Sequence record: NC_029091.1
Length of the DNA: 64,000 bases
Reading direction: 5' to 3' (one strand)
From: Escherichia phage APCEc01
This document shows positions 22,419 through 31,357 of this stretch, in pieces. Both the position numbers and the translations under genes were made by a program. The notes beneath the pieces were generated by a model. The model did no database searches and was not told where the DNA came from. It saw only the letters and a list, made by a program, of their open reading frames with translations. The stretch's first letter is position 1; each line of letters begins with the position of its first letter.

Positions 22419-22434
22419 GGGAGCCGAAGCTCCC
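22419..22434 (+). other. GC hairpin without U tract (gggagc cgaa gctccc)
   Basis: Perfect 6-bp stem; the track ORF TTG start lies inside it. Confidence 0.5.
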
Positions 22435-22446
22435 ACTGAGGAAATT

Positions 22447-23061
22447 ATGTTTAAAGTTAATACTTTTTATAAAATGAATTTTAAAAATGGGGATATTACT
22501 CCACACCTTAAAAACATGTTCTCATATGACCTTATTGAGCCTTTTGAAGTTTTAGAAGTTACTGATGCCGGCTCAGTTTGTGAAATTAGAACTTCTGAAG
22601 GTAAAATTTATCAGGCCGGTGTTGGTAAATTCAGTAATTGTTTTACTTTAATATTCTCGACCGATTTAGATGAGCATTTTATTGAATGTCCTAACCCTAA
22701 GGTCTATGAAGTTCCACATCAAGAAACTAAGAAAAATGGACCGCACGAATATACGAAGGTTGAAACTCCTCACGGCGTGATGTGGCGACATAACTCTCCT
22801 TTTGGAAGTAAAGGAACATTTGCTCAACTGGCTAAGCCCTACGACGATGAAAAATATGTAGTAGTCCTTTTATCTGAACAGGGTACTCAAGACCGTGGAT
22901 GCCAGCGTTCTGGTTTATTGAGTGAACTCGAAGCTCATAACCTAGCACGTGAATTCGTTGAGAAAAATCCTGGTTCTGAAGCTCTAGTCATGAAAGCAAT
23001 TACTCAATATATCACTGCTCAACCTGTTGTTCATCCGGTAGAAATTAATTTCATTAAGTAG
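22447..23061 (+). CDS. Hypothetical protein
   Basis: 204 aa from ATG with RBS gagga downstream of the hairpin. Confidence 0.5.
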   Translation: MFKVNTFYKMNFKNGDITPHLKNMFSYDLIEPFEVLEVTDAGSVCEIRTSEGKIYQAGVGKFSNCFTLIFSTDLDEHFIECPNPKVYEVPHQETKKNGPHEYTKVETPHGVMWRHNSPFGSKGTFAQLAKPYDDEKYVVVLLSEQGTQDRGCQRSGLLSELEAHNLAREFVEKNPGSEALVMKAITQYITAQPVVHPVEINFIK

Positions 23062-23115
23062 TGTACATCCAAGGACGGATTAGAGTATAATGATTTCTTT
23101 AGTAAGTGGAAAAAT

Positions 23116-23313
23116 ATGAAATTTTTAATAGCACAAACAGTCCAATTAAAAGGTGTTGGAATCCCTGGGATGATTTTTAAAGTTCTCAACGAATTTAAAA
23201 CTGCCGCTGGAATTATCAATGAAGCGTATGCTGTTCAATGGGTTGATGGGACTTCTGACATACGTATGGGTAAAGAGTTATCTCCTATTAAAGGGTTGAA
23301 ACATGTTGAATAA
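23116..23313 (+). CDS. Hypothetical protein
   Basis: 65-aa ORF. Confidence 0.35.
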   Translation: MKFLIAQTVQLKGVGIPGMIFKVLNEFKTAAGIINEAYAVQWVDGTSDIRMGKELSPIKGLKHVE

Positions 23314-23521
23314 ATTAATCCAGAAATTGTTTGGTACGGAAATGATTGAAGTTACTTATCGTGTAACCGACGTTTTTCCATATTACGCGGAAAACCGTTT
23401 AGAACCATACGTTACGTCAATTAAAATGCCTAAAAATGACAGAAATTTATCTATCGAAGACCGTATACCTGGATACGGACATTGGGCTGATGTTGAAATT
23501 ATAAGTGTTAAAGATGTCTGA
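23303..23521 (+). CDS. Hypothetical protein
   Basis: 72-aa ORF. Confidence 0.35.
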   Translation: MLNKLIQKLFGTEMIEVTYRVTDVFPYYAENRLEPYVTSIKMPKNDRNLSIEDRIPGYGHWADVEIISVKDV

Positions 23522-23972
23522 ATTAGAAATAAGAAGTAATTTCAAATGGCCGTCATGTGCATTAAGTAACTTTGCTCAATGGCCTTTTGTTATGGATGGT
23601 ATTCAATTCGGAGGTCTTGAAGGATTTCTCCAAGGATGTAAGGTGAAAAATGTTGAACAACAAAGACGTATATTTGGGTTGTCTGGATTGGCTGCACAGC
23701 AAGCTGGAAGGTCTTACGCAAGAGCTCAGGACCGTGGGACTCTCTTCTGGTTAGGAGTTCCATTTTCAAGATACTCCGAAGCGTGGAAAGAATTATACAC
23801 AAATGCATATTTTGAAGCCGCGATCCAAAACAAGGGGTTTCGTGATGCCTTACAAGCCTCTAAAGGAAAAATTTTGAAGCACAGCATGGCCAGCCACCTA
23901 ACAAAAGATGATACAATACTAACTGAAGATGAATTTATTGACGTGTTAAACCTATTAAGAGACTCTTTATGA
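23505..23972 (+). CDS. NADAR-like (YbiA/DUF1768-like) protein
   Basis: 155 aa; LSNFAQWPFVMDGIQFGGLEGFLQGCKV resembles the YbiA/NADAR core (FSNFAAWP..DG....SEHYFQAQKF); motif-level only. Confidence 0.5.
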   Translation: MLKMSELEIRSNFKWPSCALSNFAQWPFVMDGIQFGGLEGFLQGCKVKNVEQQRRIFGLSGLAAQQAGRSYARAQDRGTLFWLGVPFSRYSEAWKELYTNAYFEAAIQNKGFRDALQASKGKILKHSMASHLTKDDTILTEDEFIDVLNLLRDSL

Positions 23973-24793
23973 AGCCTACTATTTTGACTGATATTGATGG
24001 TGTATGTTTAAGCTGGCAATCTGGACTTCCTTATTTTGCCCAAAAATATAACCTTCCATTAGAACATATTTTAAAAATGATTCAGGACGAAAAATTTATT
24101 TCTCCTGGTAAACTGTTCAATACCGACGATAACCTTGGTAAACAATTAATAGAAAAATATAATAGCTCTGATTTTATTCGTTACTTAGCGCCTTATTCTG
24201 ATGCTCTTCGAGTTATCAATAAACTAAAAGAAGACTATAATTTTGTAGCCGTGACGGCGCTAGGTGATTCAATTGATGCTCGATTGAATAGACAATTTAA
24301 TTTGAATGCTTTGTTCCCAGGCGCTTTCTCTGAAGTAATGATGTGTGGTCATGATTCTTCAAAGGAACAATTATTCGAACTAGCTAAAACAAAATATAAC
24401 GTAATTTGTTACGTTGACGATTTAGCTCATCATTGTGACCATGCGGCAGAAATTCTTAATGTACCGATTTATTGGTTGGCTCGTGGTGAACGTGATGCCA
24501 TTCCTCGTACTGCACAACGTGTACACACGTGGGATGATATTGAATCTCGTTTGGTTCTGCCTAAGAATAATTCAGATTCAGATCGTGAAGACCTTTTAAA
24601 ACGATTGGCGGATTTGCTTAAAGAATCTGGTGCAACAAGTCCAGGTGCATGGCCCAATCAAATTGGTGGCCCCTCGACAACACGTACTCCATATACCTGG
24701 CGAACCCAAGGACCAACTGATATGCAGCCGTGGTGGACGATTCAAAACTTTCCTTTAGATTCGTCTAAATGGACTTGGTCTATAAATTGTTAA
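23969..24793 (+). CDS. HAD-superfamily hydrolase-like protein (putative nucleotidase/phosphatase) with W/P-rich C-terminal tail
   Basis: 274 aa; N-terminal motif I LTDIDGV (DxDG[VT]); overlaps the NADAR-like stop. Confidence 0.45.
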   Translation: MKPTILTDIDGVCLSWQSGLPYFAQKYNLPLEHILKMIQDEKFISPGKLFNTDDNLGKQLIEKYNSSDFIRYLAPYSDALRVINKLKEDYNFVAVTALGDSIDARLNRQFNLNALFPGAFSEVMMCGHDSSKEQLFELAKTKYNVICYVDDLAHHCDHAAEILNVPIYWLARGERDAIPRTAQRVHTWDDIESRLVLPKNNSDSDREDLLKRLADLLKESGATSPGAWPNQIGGPSTTRTPYTWRTQGPTDMQPWWTIQNFPLDSSKWTWSINC

Positions 24794-24802
24794 GGGTTAA
24801 TT

Positions 24803-25072
24803 ATGTTTGTAGTTCATGATATTACAGATGGCAAAAATACCACACGTGACTACGGTCACGTTAACATGTTCTTTCGAGACTGGCCATTGTTTCGTTCAGT
24901 AAAAGACGCAGAAATATTTAAAGAGTGTGTTGAACAAGGGTTCATCTACATTTCAGAATACTATGTTGAAGGACTCGGTAAATGGATTACAACTTATCAG
25001 AAAACGCTGAAATCGCTTCTAGATGAAGTGGCTTATAATAGAACCGTAACCAAAATCGAGGACATCAAATGA
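24803..25072 (+). CDS. Hypothetical protein
   Basis: 89-aa ORF overlapping ligase start. Confidence 0.4.
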   Translation: MFVVHDITDGKNTTRDYGHVNMFFRDWPLFRSVKDAEIFKECVEQGFIYISEYYVEGLGKWITTYQKTLKSLLDEVAYNRTVTKIEDIK

Positions 25073-26562
25073 TTTTAGATATTTTAAACCAAATAGCTGC
25101 GATCGGTTCTACTAAAACAAAACAGGAAATCCTTAAGAAAAATAAGGACAACAAATTACTTGAACGTGTGTATCGTTTAACATATGCACGTGGTATCCAG
25201 TATTATATTAAGAAATGGCCAGGACCAGGTGAAAGGTCTCAAGCGTATGGTCTTCTTGAATTAGATGACATGTTGGATTTTATTGAGTTCACATTAGCCA
25301 CTCGTAAACTCACTGGTAATGCTGCAATTAAAGAGCTCATGGGTTATATCGCTGATGGTAAACCTGATGATGTAGAAGTCCTTCGTCGTGTAATGATGCG
25401 CGACCTTGAAGTAGGTGCTTCAGTGTCTATCGCGAATAAGGTGTGGCCTGGACTTATTCAATTGCAACCACAGATGTTAGCATCTGCATATGACGAGAAA
25501 TTGATTACTAAAAATATTAAATGGCCCGCATTTGCCCAATTAAAAGCAGATGGTGCTCGTTGTTTCGCTGAAGTTCGCGATGATGGTGTTCAATTCTTTT
25601 CTCGTGCCGGCAATGAATATCATGGTCTTACTCTATTAGCGGATGAACTAATGGAAATGACTAAAGAAGCTCGTGAAAGACACCCTAATGGGGTTTTAAT
25701 CGACGGTGAATTAGTTTACCATTCATTTGATATTAAAAAGGCTGTGAGCTCAGGAAATGACCTGTCGTTCTTATTTGGTGATAATGAAGAATCCGAAGAA
25801 GTACAAGTTGCGGACCGTAGCACTTCAAACGGTTTAGCAAATAAATCTCTTCAAGGGACTATTTCTCCTAAAGAAGCTGAAGGTATGGTTCTTCAAGCCT
25901 GGGACTATGTTCCTTTAGATGAAGTCTATTCTGATGGCAAAATTAAAGGTCAGAAATACGATGTTCGTTTTGCTGCTCTTGAAAATATGGCTGAAGGCTT
26001 TAAACGAATTGAGCCAATTGAAAATCAGTTAGTTCGTAATCTTGACGAAGCTAAAGTGGTTTATAAAAAATATGTTGACCAAGGTCTTGAAGGTATTATC
26101 CTTAAAAACCGTGATTCGTATTGGGAAAACAAACGTTCTAAGAACCTAATTAAATTTAAAGAAGTTATTGATATCGCTTTAGAAGTTGTAGGATACTATG
26201 AACACTCTAAAGACCCTAACAAATTAGGTGGTGTCGAACTCGTATCACGTTGTCGTCGTATTACAACCGATTGCGGTTCAGGTTTTAAAGATACAACTCA
26301 TAAAACAGTTGACGGTGTAAAGGTTCTTATTCCTTTAGACGAGCGTCATGATTTAGACCGTGAACGATTAATGACCGAAGCTCGTGAAGGTAAATTAATT
26401 GGACGTATCGCTGATTGTGAATGTAATGGTTGGGTTCATTCTAAAGGCCGTGAAGGCACTGTAGGTATTTTCCTCCCAATTATTAAAGGGTTCCGTTTTG
26501 ATAAAACAGAAGCGGATTCGTTTGAAGACGTATTTGGACCGTGGTCCCAGACAGGTTTATAA
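25069..26562 (+). CDS. 30: ATP-dependent DNA ligase
   Basis: 497 aa; N-terminus MILDILNQIAAIGSTKTKQEILKKNKDNKLLERVYRLTYARGIQYYIKKWP matches recalled T4 gp30. Confidence 0.95.
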   Translation: MILDILNQIAAIGSTKTKQEILKKNKDNKLLERVYRLTYARGIQYYIKKWPGPGERSQAYGLLELDDMLDFIEFTLATRKLTGNAAIKELMGYIADGKPDDVEVLRRVMMRDLEVGASVSIANKVWPGLIQLQPQMLASAYDEKLITKNIKWPAFAQLKADGARCFAEVRDDGVQFFSRAGNEYHGLTLLADELMEMTKEARERHPNGVLIDGELVYHSFDIKKAVSSGNDLSFLFGDNEESEEVQVADRSTSNGLANKSLQGTISPKEAEGMVLQAWDYVPLDEVYSDGKIKGQKYDVRFAALENMAEGFKRIEPIENQLVRNLDEAKVVYKKYVDQGLEGIILKNRDSYWENKRSKNLIKFKEVIDIALEVVGYYEHSKDPNKLGGVELVSRCRRITTDCGSGFKDTTHKTVDGVKVLIPLDERHDLDRERLMTEAREGKLIGRIADCECNGWVHSKGREGTVGIFLPIIKGFRFDKTEADSFEDVFGPWSQTGL

Positions 26563-26750
26563 TGAAAGCTTATTTAGAAACAGTTATTGTAGCTAAGAAG
26601 GATGGTGGAGATGTTTCCACCTCTTGCTCTCAGATTATATTAGATTTTCCTAATAACGATTCCTATCATATTTTTATGGACAATTTCGATAAGTACGAAA
26701 AAGGCTCTAATTTTGAAGTTTATCGTACTTTGCTTCCGATTGTGGATTAA
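26562..26750 (+). CDS. Hypothetical protein
   Basis: 62 aa from ATG overlapping the ligase stop (TAATG). Confidence 0.4.
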   Translation: MKAYLETVIVAKKDGGDVSTSCSQIILDFPNNDSYHIFMDNFDKYEKGSNFEVYRTLLPIVD

Positions 26751-26769
26751 GAGCCTTCGGGCTCTTTTT
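26751..26769 (+). terminator. Rho-independent terminator
   Basis: gagcc ttcg ggctc ttttt. Confidence 0.75.
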
Positions 26770-26805
26770 GGCATAAATATAAATTATTACTAAAAGGAAA
26801 ACACT

Positions 26806-28893
26806 ATGTCTGAACAATTAAATGAAGTGTTTGAATCTGAAGGCAGTCTTCCTGTCGTCAATTTGAACCCTAAAGCTAAAGTTCCACAAGTCTGGAAAAT
26901 TGGTGATATCGATACAAATATTGTAGTTCGTTTATTCTCTTACCTTTCCGAAGGCGACGCTGTAAAACAAGTTAAACTTGGCGACAAATACGCTCATGTT
27001 GTTATTATGAGTCTGTCTGAAAAGGGTAATCTCGCTGAATTGAAAAATGGCCTTGGTCCTGCTCCTATTGATGCAATCAACACCATTTTCAATACAGTAT
27101 ATGAACAAGTTAAAGCTCTTCGTATGGATGCAGTTCTGTTCCGATTCCCTACCAAGAAATTGAAAGGACGTGGACAACAGCTTCAAACTCTTCTTGCTCG
27201 TTTAGTTTCTACTAAAACCGGTGGTCGTTTTAAAGTATTGTCGGCAATGTATCAATTCACAGGTAAACACACCTATGTGATGATGGTTCGTAAAAATGCC
27301 AACATTGAAGATATTAAAGGCATCCCTAACATTAACACAGAGTTGTACACGAAAGTAGATTCTGATGTTGGCGAAGTTTATGTGAGTAAAAAGACCGGCG
27401 AAAAAGTCACCAAAGAAACGGCTATCGCTGGTTCTATTGCTGCTGTAGAAGAAAAACGTAAAGATAAGCCTGTTATTGCTCGTACTAAAATTTCTCGTCG
27501 TGCTATTGCCGCAAGCCAATCTTTAGAAGCTGACCGCCAAGAAGGTGAGTTATTCCAGAAATACGAAAATTCTGCTAAAGAAGTTAGTGGCCCGGCTACA
27601 GCCGAATTACTTCCTGAAGCATATGAAATCGTACTAGCCCAAGCATCATCCACAGCAAAAGGCACTTTAGTTGCTGATATCGAAAATAAGATTTATAATC
27701 GTATTGATGAATCCTTTAGATTTGCTGATGAAGTTTCTTATGGTAGTGTTATTAAGCCAACTTTAGAAAAGTTTGCTAAGAAAATTAAAACTGAAAAAAC
27801 AACATCTGTTAAAGCATTAGCTGCTTTTGTTGAAGCTGCAAACGAAATTGCGGACTCTATTAAAGACGAATGGTTTGAAGATTTTAGACGTGATAATTTC
27901 CAACTGGCCGACGATGTTTTAGCTGAAGTATCTGAAAAAACTTGGAAACAACGTAAATCAGCGTTCTTGTCTAATGTGATGTATACTTATGCACGAGAAT
28001 CGGCTAGAGGCACCTTTAATATAACAATGAATCGGGACCCTAAACAATACTCTGTTGCTGAAAAACGAGCTATTCGCGAATATGCCTCTTCTGCGTATAC
28101 CGATATCAATAATATGTTGTTAGGCCGTTATAAACCGGATTTTTATGATGTTGCAGATGAAGATGAAGTTAAACGCGCTATTGATGGTCTTGATTCGGCG
28201 TTTTTAAATGGAGACCGTTTACCTGAAGGACTAACGTTGTATAGAGCCCAGTCTATCAGAATGCCTATTTACGAAGCAATGGTTAAAAATAAGGTATTCT
28301 ACTTCAGAAACTATGTTTCTACTTCATTAGCTCCTATTATTTTTGGTGGGTTTAAAGAGAACGTTGCCCTTGGACTTGCTCCTGAAGAAGTTCGCAAAGA
28401 GCTTAACATTGACAATAATGACGAAGGTGTTACTATTTCTCCTAGCCTGGCACGTACCGCTATGCATGCGCCAGAACAAATTCGTGTTAATGTTGGATGG
28501 GCCATTGATGGCGCTCATAAAGTTAACGTGATTTATCCCGGACAGTTGAGTAATCACCCTAATGAGCAAGAAATTATTTTGCCTAGAGGCATTCTCTTGC
28601 AGATAAATAAAATTACAGATGCGTCATCTGACACTGGTGCAGGTTTAGAATCCAACCTTAAATTTATTCAAGCTGAAGTCATGTCCTCGGACCAGTTGGA
28701 CGAAGCTGTCATTTACGATGGTGATGTTCTCATGGAAACAGGCGAGGTAGTTGCTATGACGGGTGAAATCGAATCAGATGAGCCGGTATCTTTTGCCTCA
28801 TTTGTAGAAAAAACTAGTGCACCTAAAGGTTTGAAATTGTTAGCATCTTTAATGGATTTAGAATCAGTTCCGTTTAAATTTATCCAAGGATAG
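26806..28893 (+). CDS. alt: Alt ADP-ribosyltransferase (virion-packaged, modifies host RNA polymerase)
   Basis: 695 aa; C-terminal half matches recalled T4 Alt (e.g. YRAQSIRMPIYEAMVKNKVFYFRNYVSTSL, ILPRGILLQINKITDAS, IQAEVM); synteny. Confidence 0.85.
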   Translation: MSEQLNEVFESEGSLPVVNLNPKAKVPQVWKIGDIDTNIVVRLFSYLSEGDAVKQVKLGDKYAHVVIMSLSEKGNLAELKNGLGPAPIDAINTIFNTVYEQVKALRMDAVLFRFPTKKLKGRGQQLQTLLARLVSTKTGGRFKVLSAMYQFTGKHTYVMMVRKNANIEDIKGIPNINTELYTKVDSDVGEVYVSKKTGEKVTKETAIAGSIAAVEEKRKDKPVIARTKISRRAIAASQSLEADRQEGELFQKYENSAKEVSGPATAELLPEAYEIVLAQASSTAKGTLVADIENKIYNRIDESFRFADEVSYGSVIKPTLEKFAKKIKTEKTTSVKALAAFVEAANEIADSIKDEWFEDFRRDNFQLADDVLAEVSEKTWKQRKSAFLSNVMYTYARESARGTFNITMNRDPKQYSVAEKRAIREYASSAYTDINNMLLGRYKPDFYDVADEDEVKRAIDGLDSAFLNGDRLPEGLTLYRAQSIRMPIYEAMVKNKVFYFRNYVSTSLAPIIFGGFKENVALGLAPEEVRKELNIDNNDEGVTISPSLARTAMHAPEQIRVNVGWAIDGAHKVNVIYPGQLSNHPNEQEIILPRGILLQINKITDASSDTGAGLESNLKFIQAEVMSSDQLDEAVIYDGDVLMETGEVVAMTGEIESDEPVSFASFVEKTSAPKGLKLLASLMDLESVPFKFIQG

Positions 28894-28922
28894 TTTACAA
28901 ACACATGGATGTGTGATACTAT
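28893..28922 (+). promoter_or_regulatory. Sigma70-type early promoter
   Basis: GTTTAC, 18 nt, TGaTACTAT; leader catcaacaacatgaggaaa. Confidence 0.6.
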
Positions 28923-28951
28923 CATCCCATCAACAACATGAGGAAAACGTT

Positions 28952-29245
28952 ATGAAATCTATGCTTCGCTTTAATGGTCAAGAACTAGTAGTTGAAGATG
29001 CTATCCCAGCGGATGATGTTTTTAACGAAGCTGTGATTGACGAATTGAATCGAGTATTCCCAGGTGCATTCCATATTGCTATGGAACCTCTTAAAAACTT
29101 TCGTGACCCTGAGCACACTGATCAAATTTTTATCGGTGTGGTGACAGGTCATTTAGAAACAGAGGTACCAATGGTCGTATTAGTTAAATACTCTAAAGAT
29201 GATACTCCATTCCGAGCACCAGCATTCCTTTCATTCCGTAAATAA
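28952..29245 (+). CDS. Hypothetical protein
   Basis: 97 aa from ATG with RBS gagga; track start is a GTG inside the promoter. Confidence 0.45.
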   Translation: MKSMLRFNGQELVVEDAIPADDVFNEAVIDELNRVFPGAFHIAMEPLKNFRDPEHTDQIFIGVVTGHLETEVPMVVLVKYSKDDTPFRAPAFLSFRK

Positions 29246-29254
29246 ACCCCTAAA

Positions 29255-29276
29255 GGGAGACAACGTCTCCCTTTTT
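29255..29276 (+). terminator. Rho-independent terminator at early/late boundary (before convergent gene 54)
   Basis: gggagac aac gtctccc ttttt. Confidence 0.8.
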
Positions 29277-29277
29277 C

Positions 29278-30240
29278 TTATAGTCCTAAAACTCTTGACG
29301 CAGAATTCACCACACCTGTCAATGTGTTTATATTAGACACACCACCAGCAGTCCCACCTAATCTAGAAAGTCTTGATACTGCACTTCCTAGACCAGAATC
29401 ATTCTGATTATTTCCAAACATTCCTGAAACACTACTAATAAGTCCTGATTCCAGCCATTCTAAAGCGGCCTGTCTATTTACAGCACCTGATTGCATAACG
29501 CGATAAGCAAATGTTACATCAAAAACTGTTATCTGATTATCACCATCATACGTTAACTCAGGAGAAGAGACACTAACAGGAATACATCCTGTGAACATGA
29601 CAGCGGTATGTGGTAAACCATTTCGTGCGTGTAAATTAACCTGAATATCTGCTTCGACGTCTTGTGGTAAAGCACGAAGACCTGTTACAGGGTCTTGGAC
29701 TGAGTTTACCCAGTCTTGCATTGCTCTAAAGTTAGATGCTTCAGAATCCATTCTAAAGCTTATTACTAACGGGTCCATTTCACGGCCGGTAATTCGGATG
29801 TTCGGGGAGTTATAGTTGAAATCCGTTTCATAAGATAATCGGTTCTCAGGCATTTTTACAGAATAAATCATTAAACCTGTATTATTATATGCCATATTGA
29901 AGAAGTCTATCAGATAAGCTCCTACTGTGAACTCACCTAACAAGCTTTGTACCGTACGTTGACTCATTGCTCCAATCAGGTATTTACTTATACCTGATTT
30001 TCGAATTAATTTCTGTGTTCCTGCTGTAATCAGGGTTGTTACGCCCTGATTGATATCACCTTGAGACAATCCTAGCCAATCTGAATCCAACCCTAAGTTA
30101 TTATAAGCAAAACTACCAATTGACGAAATTAGTGAAGACGATTTGGTTGATGGTGTAGTAGCAAATACACAACTAAACATATTGTTTCGTTGGAAATCTG
30201 CATTTATAGCTTGGTTATTAAATTCTTCTAAAGAATACAT
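29278..30240 (-). CDS. 54: Baseplate tail tube initiator gp54
   Basis: 320 aa, same as T4 gp54; synteny 54-48-29. Confidence 0.85.
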   Translation of the reverse strand: MYSLEEFNNQAINADFQRNNMFSCVFATTPSTKSSSLISSIGSFAYNNLGLDSDWLGLSQGDINQGVTTLITAGTQKLIRKSGISKYLIGAMSQRTVQSLLGEFTVGAYLIDFFNMAYNNTGLMIYSVKMPENRLSYETDFNYNSPNIRITGREMDPLVISFRMDSEASNFRAMQDWVNSVQDPVTGLRALPQDVEADIQVNLHARNGLPHTAVMFTGCIPVSVSSPELTYDGDNQITVFDVTFAYRVMQSGAVNRQAALEWLESGLISSVSGMFGNNQNDSGLGSAVSRLSRLGGTAGGVSNINTLTGVVNSASRVLGL

Positions 30241-31349
30241 TAGAAAGTCCCCGCATAAAGTGAAGAACGGTTTAATGTAATAATTTCTCGCATTGTTATC
30301 TCTAACGTAAATGTTGATGGTAAGTTAGGAGCAACAGCGAGACCATTAAATTGTCCATTTGGAGTTTTATCAAAACGTACGCTTTGAATTTGACATGGAC
30401 CAAATACGTCAGTTAATCCATCAAATTTAGACGTATAACCAAAGTTTTTAACCATCCAAATTGTAGGGTTGCTTACAACTAATACATTTGTTAATGACGC
30501 AGTAATCTTTTCAAACAATGTCTTATTTTTTACTGCATCATCTGGCGTCATAGGCTCAATAAACGTTGAACGGTACCATTCGTCTAAATAACTTTTAATC
30601 TCTTGGGCGTACTGTGATTTACCGGTCTCACCATATGAGAAATAGTTAAAATACTGGTAAATGTTTATAATAGCCATAAGGTCTTCAGTTGAACGCGGAG
30701 TTAAATCCCATGTAAAGACTTTGGTACGGTTCTCAGCACCACCGTACATACTACGAGAAGTCGTATAAATCTGTTCGTTATTATCGGCCATAAGCCCTTG
30801 AGTAATAGAATCTAATGCACCAAAAACTGCAGTAGAAGCAATGTTACTTAAAACACCCGTAGCAGTACCTCCACCTTTAGTAATAAGGCTATCACCGATA
30901 TCATTAAAACGATGTGAAGTTGTATCAACATCAGATTTGGAACGTGGCAAAAGTATATTAGCAACAGGAGTTTTGTTTATAGTGGACTTATTAGCTCCGG
31001 CAGGAAGCAAGCCATTTGAGAATTTAGTCACTGCATCTTTCACGTTGTCAGTTAAATCTGATATGATACCATTAGATGAAGTCCCGGCATACGCCGGACG
31101 TAAATTCCTGAGGGATCCTGAATCGCGTGCAGACATATTGTACGCGGTAAATAATAATCCATTCTTATAAAGGTCTGTTACCTGGAAGTCTCCTGTGGAG
31201 TCATTTCCGGCTGCTCTTCCTGTAGGAAATTGAGCAACATAAGTTTTAGTAGTTGTTTCGGTTTTAGTGCTTTGCCCGGCACTTTCTGAGACTGGGATTG
31301 CTTTATTTAAATCCTTTGCATCTACTACTATTTCTTTTACACTAATCAT
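30240..31349 (-). CDS. 48: Baseplate tail tube cap gp48
   Basis: 369 aa; synteny. Confidence 0.85.
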   Translation of the reverse strand: MISVKEIVVDAKDLNKAIPVSESAGQSTKTETTTKTYVAQFPTGRAAGNDSTGDFQVTDLYKNGLLFTAYNMSARDSGSLRNLRPAYAGTSSNGIISDLTDNVKDAVTKFSNGLLPAGANKSTINKTPVANILLPRSKSDVDTTSHRFNDIGDSLITKGGGTATGVLSNIASTAVFGALDSITQGLMADNNEQIYTTSRSMYGGAENRTKVFTWDLTPRSTEDLMAIINIYQYFNYFSYGETGKSQYAQEIKSYLDEWYRSTFIEPMTPDDAVKNKTLFEKITASLTNVLVVSNPTIWMVKNFGYTSKFDGLTDVFGPCQIQSVRFDKTPNGQFNGLAVAPNLPSTFTLEITMREIITLNRSSLYAGTF

Positions 31350-31357
31350 AATAATCC

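Noticed and set aside
22417-22446. Track start of ORF 22417-23061 at a TTG
   Set aside because: The TTG lies inside a GC hairpin; the downstream ATG at 22447 has a proper RBS, so the CDS was trimmed
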